This document shows positions 9,775-17,911 of a DNA stretch of 32,000 nucleotides, one piece after another. Position 1 is the stretch's first letter. The number at the start of each line of letters is the position of its first letter. The DNA comes from Blattabacterium cuenoti (GTDB lineage Bacteria; Bacteroidota; Bacteroidia; Flavobacteriales; Blattabacteriaceae): NCBI GenBank assembly GCA_014251975.1, contig CP059204.1:90001-122000 (forward strand), read 5' to 3'. Under the pieces are notes generated by a model, which was not told the DNA's origin, searched no databases, and saw only the letters and a program-made list of their open reading frames with translations. A program made the position numbers and the translations under genes.

Positions 9775-10739
9775 TTATAAATTGTTTTTAATTTTCCTTT
9801 AAAATTATCAATAGATAAATAATTTTTTTTTTTTAAAAAAGATATAAGTTCTTTATGTAATCTATTAAAAACTGATACACCTTCTTTAATTAGTTGTGTT
9901 CCAATTTGTACTGCGGATGCTCCACATAAAATATGATCAAATATATCTTTTCCAGATATAATCCCACCACATCCAATTATAGATATATCTTTTCTAAGAA
10001 AAGTATTAAATTGCCAAATGTTTGATAATGCAAAAGGTTTAATTATTGTACCTCCTATTCCTCCTAATCCATTATTTGGTTGTATTACAGTAGACTCTTT
10101 ATATGAATCAACACAAATACCATTTGGAATACTGTTTATACAAGTTATAAAAGATATAGGAAATTTGTTTAATATTAAAGATATATTTTTTATATCTTTT
10201 TTTCTAAAAAATGGAGGTAATTTAATTCCTAATGGTTTTTTATTATACTTAAATGTTTTTTCTAAAAATTTATATAAAGATTCATAATTATATATTAATT
10301 CATCTTCTTCTTTTCCAATGATATTAGGACAAGATAAATTTAATTCTAAAGCAGATATATTAGAATATAAATTTGCTTTTTTTATAAGAAAAAAATTTTC
10401 TTTCAAAGACAAACCTGATATAGAAAGAAAAATAGGTTTATTTTTTTTAATTTCTTTATTTGTAGAAAAATTTAAATAGAAATCTATACCAAAATTTGGC
10501 AATCCCATAGAATTTATACTTCCTATATCAAATTCATAATACCTTGGTAATGAATTACCTATTCTAATATTTTTAGTACAACTTTTTGTTACAATAGCAC
10601 CAGAAGAACTATATAAAAGATTATATAATTCGTCTTTAGTACTGCATAATGCACCTGAAGCATTCATTATACATGATTTAAGTTTTAATCCATTTATACT
10701 AGTGGTAATATCTACATTTTTCATAATTATAATATTCAA
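9771..10739 (-). CDS. pyrD: dihydroorotate dehydrogenase, class 1 (1A-like)
   Basis: The 322 aa product carries MNASGA, LPRYYEFDIGSINSMGLPN, ELNLSCPN (Cys catalytic base, indicating class 1), GIKLPPFF, GLGGIGG and CGASAVQIGTQL. It has no N-terminal membrane or quinone extension. Confidence 0.9.
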   Translation of the reverse strand: MNIIIMKNVDITTSINGLKLKSCIMNASGALCSTKDELYNLLYSSSGAIVTKSCTKNIRIGNSLPRYYEFDIGSINSMGLPNFGIDFYLNFSTNKEIKKNKPIFLSISGLSLKENFFLIKKANLYSNISALELNLSCPNIIGKEEDELIYNYESLYKFLEKTFKYNKKPLGIKLPPFFRKKDIKNISLILNKFPISFITCINSIPNGICVDSYKESTVIQPNNGLGGIGGTIIKPFALSNIWQFNTFLRKDISIIGCGGIISGKDIFDHILCGASAVQIGTQLIKEGVSVFNRLHKELISFLKKKNYLSIDNFKGKLKTIYN

Positions 10740-10792
10740 ATGATAATATCAAGTATAAAAATATTTTAACTTTATTTAAATATATTTTTTTA

Positions 10793-12154
10793 ATGAGAAA
10801 AAAAAAAGAGTTTTTTTTAGAAATTTATCATTTGGGAATAATAAAATTTGGAAATTTTACACTAAAAAGTGGTTTATACTCCCCTATATATATTGATTTT
10901 AGACCAATTGCGTCAAAACCAAACTTGTTAATAAAATTATCAAAATTACTTTTAAATGAAATAAATTATTTAAATTTTGAGTTAATATGTGGTGTTCCAT
11001 ATGCTGCTTTGCCTATAGCTACTGCTTTATCTTTGATATCAAATATACCATTAATAATAAAAAGGAAGGAAAATAAAGGATATGGAACTAAACAAATGAT
11101 AGAAGGTATATATAAAAAAGGACAAAATTGTCTTATTATAGAAGATGTTATTACTAGTGGAGATAGTTTATTGAAAACTATAGTAGATCTAGAAAAAGTT
11201 GGATTAATAGTAAGAAATATTATATCTATTTTAGATAGAGAACAAGGTGGGGTATATAATATAAAAAAAAAAGGATATAAGATTATAACATTATTTAGAA
11301 TAAGAGATATATTAAAAATGTTAAATAGTAAAAACTTATTAAATAAAAAAGAAACAAATTTAATTAAATCTCTTAGAGTATATAAAAAAAGTATTAATAC
11401 TAAAAGGATTTCTTATGAAGAAAAAAGAAAAATAATTTTTCATCCTATAGGTAAAAAATTGATAGATATTACACTAAAAAAAAAAACTAATTTAATATTG
11501 TCTGCTGATTTAACTAACTCTATTAAAATTTTGAAATTAGTTGATTTAGTTGGTGATTTAATTTGTGGGTTAAAAATACATGCAGATATTATTAGTGATT
11601 TTTCTAATTCATTTATAGAATTACTTAAAAATTATTCTATAAAGAAAAATTTTTTAATAATTGAAGATAGAAAATTATGTGATGTAAGTTATACTAATTA
11701 TCTTCAAATACATAATGGTATACATAAAATTTCTTCTTGGGCTGATCTTATTACTGTACATGTTATGCCTGGTGAATGTAGTATAAAAAATTTAAAAATA
11801 CCATATAATGTAGGATTAATTACTATATCAGAAATGTCTTCATATGGACAATTATTTGATGATAATTATATAAGAAAATCTATTAATATTTCTTTAAAAA
11901 ATCCTAAAATTATTGTTGGCACAGTAGCACAAAGAAAGGTTGATAATAGATTATTATTATTTACTCCTGGAATAAATTTATTTTATCAAAAAAAATTATT
12001 AGGTAATAATTATATTCATCCTAATTTAGCTTTTAAGATAAAAAGAAGTGATTTTATTATAGTTGGTAAGGCAATTTATCAATCTAATGATCCTAAAAAA
12101 ATTACAGAAAAGTATAAAAATATTGCTTGGAATTCTTATAAAAATGAATTATAA
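10793..12154 (+). CDS. bifunctional orotate phosphoribosyltransferase / orotidine-5'-phosphate decarboxylase (UMP synthase-like fusion)
   Basis: The 453 aa product has an N-terminal half with OPRTase motifs (FGNFTLKSGLYSPIYIDFR; PRPP loop CLIIEDVITSGDS). The C-terminal half has OMPDC motifs (NLILSADL, GLKIHADI, IIEDRKLCDVS matching the DxKxxD catalytic motif, SWADLITVHVMPG). Confidence 0.85.
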   Translation: MRKKKEFFLEIYHLGIIKFGNFTLKSGLYSPIYIDFRPIASKPNLLIKLSKLLLNEINYLNFELICGVPYAALPIATALSLISNIPLIIKRKENKGYGTKQMIEGIYKKGQNCLIIEDVITSGDSLLKTIVDLEKVGLIVRNIISILDREQGGVYNIKKKGYKIITLFRIRDILKMLNSKNLLNKKETNLIKSLRVYKKSINTKRISYEEKRKIIFHPIGKKLIDITLKKKTNLILSADLTNSIKILKLVDLVGDLICGLKIHADIISDFSNSFIELLKNYSIKKNFLIIEDRKLCDVSYTNYLQIHNGIHKISSWADLITVHVMPGECSIKNLKIPYNVGLITISEMSSYGQLFDDNYIRKSINISLKNPKIIVGTVAQRKVDNRLLLFTPGINLFYQKKLLGNNYIHPNLAFKIKRSDFIIVGKAIYQSNDPKKITEKYKNIAWNSYKNEL

Positions 12155-12241
12155 TTATATTTTTATTTAAAAATTACATTATAAATTGATTTAATTTATT
12201 ATATTAATTAAATTGAAAGGTTTTTTAATTGTATTTTTAAT

Positions 12242-12817
12242 ATGAAATGGATAAAATCACTAATTAGTTGCTTCATGATACTTTTTAGTATAATAGATAT
12301 ATTAGGTAATGCACCTATTATAATGGGTATAAAAACAAAAGGGAATATTATAGATACAAAAAAAATAATTATTACTTCTCTTATTATTTTTTTATCATTT
12401 TTTTTTCTGGGACATCCTATATTGAAAATTATAGGTATAGATATTCATTCTTTTTCTGTAGCAGGATCTATTGTATTATTTATTATTGGTATAGAAATGA
12501 TATTAGGTATTGACTTGCATAAAACTTCTGATAATGCTCAATCTTCAATTGTTCCAATATCTTTTCCATTAATAGCAGGACCTGGATCATTAACTACATT
12601 AGTTTCTCTTAGATCTAGTTATGATATTAATATAATTATTTTATCTCTATTACTGAATATGATAGTTGTTTATTTTGTAATTGATAAATGTGATATAATT
12701 GCAAAAAAAATTGGTAATAGTGGTTTAGATATTTTGAAAAAAATTTTTGGTATTATTTTACTAGCTTTTTCTGTTAAAATTTTTGGTGCAAATGCAGTTC
12801 AATTATTGCAAATATGA
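12242..12817 (+). CDS. MarC family (UPF0056) integral membrane protein
   Basis: The 191 aa product has about 6 TM segments, an N-terminal motif (DILGNAPII) and a mid-protein motif (PLIAGPGSLT), both typical of MarC/UPF0056. Confidence 0.75.
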   Translation: MKWIKSLISCFMILFSIIDILGNAPIIMGIKTKGNIIDTKKIIITSLIIFLSFFFLGHPILKIIGIDIHSFSVAGSIVLFIIGIEMILGIDLHKTSDNAQSSIVPISFPLIAGPGSLTTLVSLRSSYDINIIILSLLLNMIVVYFVIDKCDIIAKKIGNSGLDILKKIFGIILLAFSVKIFGANAVQLLQI

Positions 12818-13176
12818 TTAATTCTATTAAACATATTTTTTATAGATAAATTTATATCACAATATTTAGGTAAAATTTTAGAAAAAGATTTATATATAAA
12901 TATAATACAAATATATCTGTCATGACAGATAATATTATTTTGGTTTTCAACAAAAGAAGCTCTAAATAATCTTTTTATTTTATTTCTATGAACTGATTTT
13001 TTTACATATTGTTTTTTAACAAGTGTACCTATTAATAATACATATCTTTTTCTTATAAATAAAAATTCATTTTTTCCAAAAATTTTAAACGTCAATAGTA
13101 CAGGATGTTCAAATAAAAAAATTCCATATTTAATTATATGTTTAAAAAAATATTTACATAATTTATTTTTTTTCAT
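12799..13176 (-). CDS. rnpA: ribonuclease P protein component
   Basis: The 125 aa basic protein carries the RNR-like motif KKSVHRNKIKRLFRASF. Confidence 0.8.
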   Translation of the reverse strand: MKKNKLCKYFFKHIIKYGIFLFEHPVLLTFKIFGKNEFLFIRKRYVLLIGTLVKKQYVKKSVHRNKIKRLFRASFVENQNNIICHDRYICIIFIYKSFSKILPKYCDINLSIKNMFNRINHICNN

Positions 13177-14176
13177 AATTAATGAATTCTTTAAGTTTAT
13201 TTACAATATTCTTAGGCCCACAAATAAATGGAGTTCTTTGATGTAAAGCTTTAGGTATAATGTCTAAAATTGGAAAATTTCCATTAGTCGCTAAACCACC
13301 TGCCTGTTCAGTTAAAAATGCTATTGGATTACATTCATAAAGTAATCTTAATTTTCCTTTTGGTGATGATGCTGTTTTAGGATAAATATATATTCCTCCA
13401 TGTATCATATTTCTATGATAATCACCGACTAAAGATCCTATATATCTTGCTCTATAAGGTCTATTTTCTTTTTCTTCTTGACAATATTTTATAAATTTTC
13501 TAATTCCATAAGAAAATCTATAATAATTGCCTTCATTAATTGAGTATATTTTTTCATTGTTAGGGAAACGAATATTAGGATGGGATAAATAAAAGGCACC
13601 TATTGATGGATCTAAAGTAAATCCATGTACACCATTACCAATACTATAAACTAATATTGTAGAAGAACCATATATAATATATCCTGCAAGTACTTGTTGT
13701 CTACCTACTTGTAAAAAATCTTTAATTGTTATTATATTTTTACTAATAGATTTTTTTTTTTTATAATATACAGAAAATATAGTACCAATTGGTACATTAA
13801 CATCAATATTGGAAGATCCATCTAATGGATCAATTAATACAATATATTTATCTTCAGAAATATTATTGTTTACATGTTTTTCTATAATTATAATATTTTT
13901 ACTCTCTTCAGATGCTATTCCGCAAACTACATCTCTATTTTTAAAAGATTCTACAAAAGTTTTATGAGCAAAATTATCTAATTTTTGTTGATTTTCACCA
14001 TGTATATTTACTTTACCAGAACTTCCAATAATTTTTCTTGTCAAACCTGCCTTATTTACCTCTTTATGAATTTCTTTAGAAGCTAATTTTATAGAGCTAA
14101 ATAATCTTAATAAAGATTCTATAGAATAAGGATAGTGATCTTTATTTTCTATTATAAATTCTCCTAATGTATACAT
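13163..14176 (-). CDS. fbp: fructose-1,6-bisphosphatase class 1
   Basis: The 337 aa product carries DPLDGSSNIDVNVPIGTIFS, GYIIYGSST, ARYIGSLVGDYHRN and LRLLYECNPIAFL. Confidence 0.95.
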   Translation of the reverse strand: MYTLGEFIIENKDHYPYSIESLLRLFSSIKLASKEIHKEVNKAGLTRKIIGSSGKVNIHGENQQKLDNFAHKTFVESFKNRDVVCGIASEESKNIIIIEKHVNNNISEDKYIVLIDPLDGSSNIDVNVPIGTIFSVYYKKKKSISKNIITIKDFLQVGRQQVLAGYIIYGSSTILVYSIGNGVHGFTLDPSIGAFYLSHPNIRFPNNEKIYSINEGNYYRFSYGIRKFIKYCQEEKENRPYRARYIGSLVGDYHRNMIHGGIYIYPKTASSPKGKLRLLYECNPIAFLTEQAGGLATNGNFPILDIIPKALHQRTPFICGPKNIVNKLKEFINYEKK

Positions 14177-14202
14177 TTATTATATATAACTTTTTGTCAT
14201 TG

Positions 14203-14248
14203 TATTTTTATATACTGTTTTTTTTAAAAAAAACAGTATATAAAAATA
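14203..14248. repeat. perfect 46 bp palindrome (23 bp arms, no spacer)
   Basis: TATTTTTATATACTGTTTTTTTT | AAAAAAAACAGTATATAAAAATA. I checked it base by base and pairing fails at 14202/14249. It lies 27 nt upstream of the fbp start and 115 nt upstream of the rnhA start. Confidence 0.9.
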
Positions 14249-14362
14249 ATTATTTTATTTACTATTGAGTATAGTTCAAAATTATTAATAAAATATATAA
14301 AACTAAAATATTATTAAAAATAATTGTGAATTAATAAATATTTTTATATAAAAAAAATATAA

Positions 14363-14857
14363 ATGGAACAAATAAATCATATTTACACAGATGGTTCATC
14401 AAAAGGTAATCCCGGTCCAGGTGGATATTGTGTATTTATAGAAACATTTAGTGGTACTAATTTTTATACTAGAAAAATATTATATGAAGGATATCGTTAT
14501 ACAACAAATAATAGAATGGAACTTCTAGCAGTTATTACAGGGCTAGAAAATATAATTAAAAATAAACACACAATAATTTTTACTGATTCTAAATATATTA
14601 TTGATCCTATACAAAAAAAATGGATATATAAATGGAATATAAATAATTTTTATAGAAAAAAAAATATAGATTTATGGAGAAAATTTTTAAGATTATTTGA
14701 ACCAAATTTTGTAATATTTTGTTGGATTAAATCACATAATAATAATTACGTTAATGATTTTTGTGATTACTTATCAGCAGAGGCTTATAAAAATAAAAAT
14801 TTAAAAATTGATTATTTTTATGAAAAAAATAATACTAAATGTAAAACCATTGTCTAA
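14363..14857 (+). CDS. rnhA: ribonuclease HI
   Basis: The 164 aa product carries IYTDGSSKGNPGPGGY, TNNRMELLAV, IFTDSKY and WIKSHNNNYVNDFCD. The DEDD catalytic residues appear to be present. Confidence 0.9.
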   Translation: MEQINHIYTDGSSKGNPGPGGYCVFIETFSGTNFYTRKILYEGYRYTTNNRMELLAVITGLENIIKNKHTIIFTDSKYIIDPIQKKWIYKWNINNFYRKKNIDLWRKFLRLFEPNFVIFCWIKSHNNNYVNDFCDYLSAEAYKNKNLKIDYFYEKNNTKCKTIV

Positions 14858-15614
14858 TTATCTCATAAGTTATTATAGACATTGCATTGCTTACATTTAA
14901 TGAATCTATATCTCCAAACATAGGTATTTTAATAATTTTATCAGATTTTTCTATCCATATATTAGATACACCTTTACTTTCTGATCCAAATACAATAGAC
15001 AAAACAGTATGATCAAATTTGTATTTATATAAGTTTATTGAATTTTTATTAAATCCAGAAACTATAATTTTAAAATTATTTCTTTTTAGCCAATAAATTG
15101 TAGATAAAGCATCATTAAAAATAATATTACTTGTAAATACACTACCTAAACTACATCTAATAACATTAGAATTAAAAATATAAGTTTTTATATTGCATAA
15201 TATAATTAAATTAAACCCTATTGAATTAGCTACTCTAAAAATTGCGCCTAAATTACCTGGTTTTTCTATACCATCTAAAATTAGAACTAAATAATAATTA
15301 TTAATTTTTATATCATTAATATTTTTTTTAATATTTTTTTTTTTAAAAAAAGTTACAATACCATCTGAATTATCTCTGTAAACTAATTTGTTAAATATTT
15401 TTTTATTTATTGAATAAGAAATAGATTTATATAAATTTATTAATTCATATCTATTAAATATATATTTATATATTAATATTATTTTTGGACAAAATCCGCC
15501 CTTTATAGCCATTATAAATTCTCTTACACCTTCTACTATAAAAACATTATTTTTTTTACAATATTTATTGTAGTTTTTAATTATATTCGTTTTATAACTA
15601 TTTATTTTTTTCAT
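14835..15614 (-). CDS. TrmH/SpoU family RNA 2'-O-methyltransferase
   Basis: The 259 aa product carries SPOUT motifs (EKPGNLGAIFRVANSIGF, IVFGSESKGVS, IPMFGDIDSLNVSNAMSIITYE). Its 3' end overlaps the rnhA 3' end by 23 nt (convergent genes). Confidence 0.8.
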   Translation of the reverse strand: MKKINSYKTNIIKNYNKYCKKNNVFIVEGVREFIMAIKGGFCPKIILIYKYIFNRYELINLYKSISYSINKKIFNKLVYRDNSDGIVTFFKKKNIKKNINDIKINNYYLVLILDGIEKPGNLGAIFRVANSIGFNLIILCNIKTYIFNSNVIRCSLGSVFTSNIIFNDALSTIYWLKRNNFKIIVSGFNKNSINLYKYKFDHTVLSIVFGSESKGVSNIWIEKSDKIIKIPMFGDIDSLNVSNAMSIITYEIIRQWFYI

Positions 15615-15653
15615 TTATTATTTATATTAACTTTTTTTTAAAAAAAATTTTTT

Positions 15654-16072
15654 ATGAAAAATAATAAAAATAATGATATTTATTATATGAAACTTGCAAT
15701 TGAACAGTCTAAATTATCTTATTGTAAAAAAAAAAAGTAGGCGCTGTAATTGTAAAAAATGATAAAATAATTTCAAATGGATTTAATTGTACACCTGAAG
15801 GATTTGATGAATCTTGTGAAGATAATAATGGTGATACAAAATGGTATGTATTACATGCAGAAGCTAATGCAATACTAAAAATTTCATCTAGTTTATTTTT
15901 ATCTTGTTATGATTCTATCATATATAGTACACATTCTCCATGTAAAGAATGTAGTAAATTAATTTACATGTCAAAAATAAAAAAATTAATATTATTAAAT
16001 GTTATTGATAATAATAAAGAAATAATTTTTTTAAAAAAATTAAAAATTGAAATACATAAAATTTATTTTTAA
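15654..16072 (+). pseudogene. dCMP deaminase-like (CDA fold) gene interrupted by a frameshift in an A11 tract
   Basis: Frame 1 (15654-15740) reads MKNNKNNDIYYMKLAIEQSKLSYCKKKK*. The next frame, from 15737 to the stop at 16070-16072, reads VGAVIVKNDKIISNGFNCTPEGFDE...WYVLHAEANAI...HSPCKECSKLI. The HAE and PCxxC zinc motifs are intact. The two frames join if the A11 tract (15726-15736) becomes A12. Confidence 0.8.
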
Positions 16073-16086
16073 ATAATAAATATCTT

Positions 16087-16167
16087 ACCCAAGTGGCGAA
16101 ATAGGTATACGCGTTGGACTCAAAATCCAATGATTTTATCATGCGGGTTCAAATCCCGCCTTGGGTA
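16087..16167 (+). tRNA. tRNA-Leu (anticodon CAA)
   Basis: Manual fold gives acceptor ACCCAAG/CTTGGGT, TG, the D-arm GCG...CGC, anticodon stem ttgga/tccaa with loop CTCAAAA, a long variable arm, and T-arm GCGGG-TTCAAAT-CCCGC with discriminator A. Confidence 0.85.
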
Positions 16168-16188
16168 CTACTTACTACTACAAAACTA

Positions 16189-17904
16189 TTAGAATAAAAA
16201 ATATCTTTGGGATAAAGGTAAAATTTTTGAAGGATCAGATATTATTTTTTCTCCGTTAATAAAAACATTATATGTTTTAGGATCAATTTCTATATCAGGA
16301 GTATTTTTATTTAAAATCATATCTTTTTTATGTAATGCACGACATCCTTTTATTATTTTAATTTGTTTTTTTATATCATTTTTTTGAAAAAATCCATTAT
16401 TTATAGAACATGAAGACACAAAAATACTGCTCAACTTTGGTTCAAAATATCCAAACATTTTACGATACATAAATGGTTGAGGAGTAGGTATAGTAGCATT
16501 AGGATCACCTATACTTGCATAAACAATCATTCCACTTTTTATTACTAATTCAGGTTTTACTCCAAAAAAAGACGGCTTCCATAGGACTAAATCAGCCATT
16601 TTACCATTATTAATAGATCCTACATATTCTGAAATTCCATGAGTAATTGCAGGATTTATAGTATATTTTGATATATATCGTTTTACTCTAAAATTATCAT
16701 TTTGTAAATATTTTTCATTATTATTTAATAATTCTCCTTTTTGTTTTTTCATTTTATCAGCTGTTTGCCAAGTTCTTTTAACAACTTCACCTATTCTTCC
16801 CATTGCTTGAGAATCAGAACTTATCATGCTAATAGCCCCTATATCGTGCAAATACCCTTCTGCACTTATTGTTTCAGACCTTATCCTAGATTTAGCGAAA
16901 GATACATCTTCTGGTAAATTAGAATCTAAATTATGACATATCATTAACATATCTAAATGTTCATCTATTGTGTTATATGTGTAAGGTATAGTTGGACTAG
17001 TAGAAGAAGGTAAAATATTAGAAAATGATATAACCTTTAATAAATCAGGGGTGTGTCCACCACCTGCTCCTTCTGTATGATAAGTATGAATTGTACGGTT
17101 TTTAAATATTTTTAATGTATTTTCAATAAAACCAGCTTCGTTCAATGAATCTGTGTGAATATTTACTTGAACATCTAATTTTTCTGCTACATTTAAACAT
17201 TTATCAATTACACTTGGTGTACTACCCCAATCTTCATGTATTTTTAAACCACCTGCTCCAGCTTCTATTTGTTCAATTAATGAAATAGGATTGGAACTAT
17301 TACCACTAGCAAGAATTACTAAATTTATAGGAATATGATCTGTACTTTTTAACATTCTTTGTATATTCCATACACCAGAAGTACAATTAGTAGCAATAGT
17401 ACCTGTTGATGGGCCAGATCCACCACCAACAATAGTTGTTGTACCACATTCTAAAGCAACTTCAAATATTTGTGGACATATATAATGCACATGGCTATCT
17501 ATACTACCGGTCGTAACAATTAAATTTTCAGAAGATATCACTTCAGTACCTGCTCCAATATACATATTAGGTGTTACACCATCCATAAAATATGGATTCC
17601 CAGATTTACCAATACCAATTATAATCCCATTTTTAATACCTATATCTGCTTTTACAATACCCCAATAATCAATAATTACAGCATTAGTTAAAACTAAATC
17701 TAAAACACCTTCATTTCTTGTTGCCAATGGATGTTGCCCCATCCCATCTCTAATGACCTTCCCACCTCCAAATACACATTCATCTCCATAAGTAGTAAAA
17801 TCTTTTTCAATTTCTATCCATAATGATGTATCTCCTAATCTAATTTTATCTCCCTTAGTAGGCCCATACATATTTACATATGATCTTCTATCTATTTTTT
17901 CCAT
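16189..17904 (-). CDS. ureC: urease subunit alpha
   Basis: Ni-ligand and active-site motifs are all present ([54 protein letters not shown]). I placed the start at the internal Met ([26 protein letters not shown]), which matches canonical UreC N-termini and removes the overlap with ureAB. The track ORF extends to 17940. Confidence 0.9.
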   Translation of the reverse strand: MEKIDRRSYVNMYGPTKGDKIRLGDTSLWIEIEKDFTTYGDECVFGGGKVIRDGMGQHPLATRNEGVLDLVLTNAVIIDYWGIVKADIGIKNGIIIGIGKSGNPYFMDGVTPNMYIGAGTEVISSENLIVTTGSIDSHVHYICPQIFEVALECGTTTIVGGGSGPSTGTIATNCTSGVWNIQRMLKSTDHIPINLVILASGNSSNPISLIEQIEAGAGGLKIHEDWGSTPSVIDKCLNVAEKLDVQVNIHTDSLNEAGFIENTLKIFKNRTIHTYHTEGAGGGHTPDLLKVISFSNILPSSTSPTIPYTYNTIDEHLDMLMICHNLDSNLPEDVSFAKSRIRSETISAEGYLHDIGAISMISSDSQAMGRIGEVVKRTWQTADKMKKQKGELLNNNEKYLQNDNFRVKRYISKYTINPAITHGISEYVGSINNGKMADLVLWKPSFFGVKPELVIKSGMIVYASIGDPNATIPTPQPFMYRKMFGYFEPKLSSIFVSSCSINNGFFQKNDIKKQIKIIKGCRALHKKDMILNKNTPDIEIDPKTYNVFINGEKIISDPSKILPLSQRYFLF

Positions 17905-17911
17905 GATACTT

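Noticed and set aside
9620-9802. 60 aa ORF on the plus strand
   Set aside because: It is an alternative frame over the proS 3' end and the pyrD 3' end. It has no motif and is a typical spurious AT-rich ORF.
10018-10287. 89 aa ORF on the plus strand
   Set aside because: It lies antisense inside pyrD and has no recognisable features.
15632-15647. T8A8 tract between trmH and the deaminase gene, with similar T8-AT-A9 at 18639-18657 and T8...A8 at about 24322-24349, echoing the T8A8 core of the 46 bp palindrome
   Set aside because: I considered a shared divergent-promoter motif. However, homopolymer T/A runs are abundant throughout this genome, and only some divergent spacers carry them. Without genome-wide statistics this cannot be separated from compositional bias.
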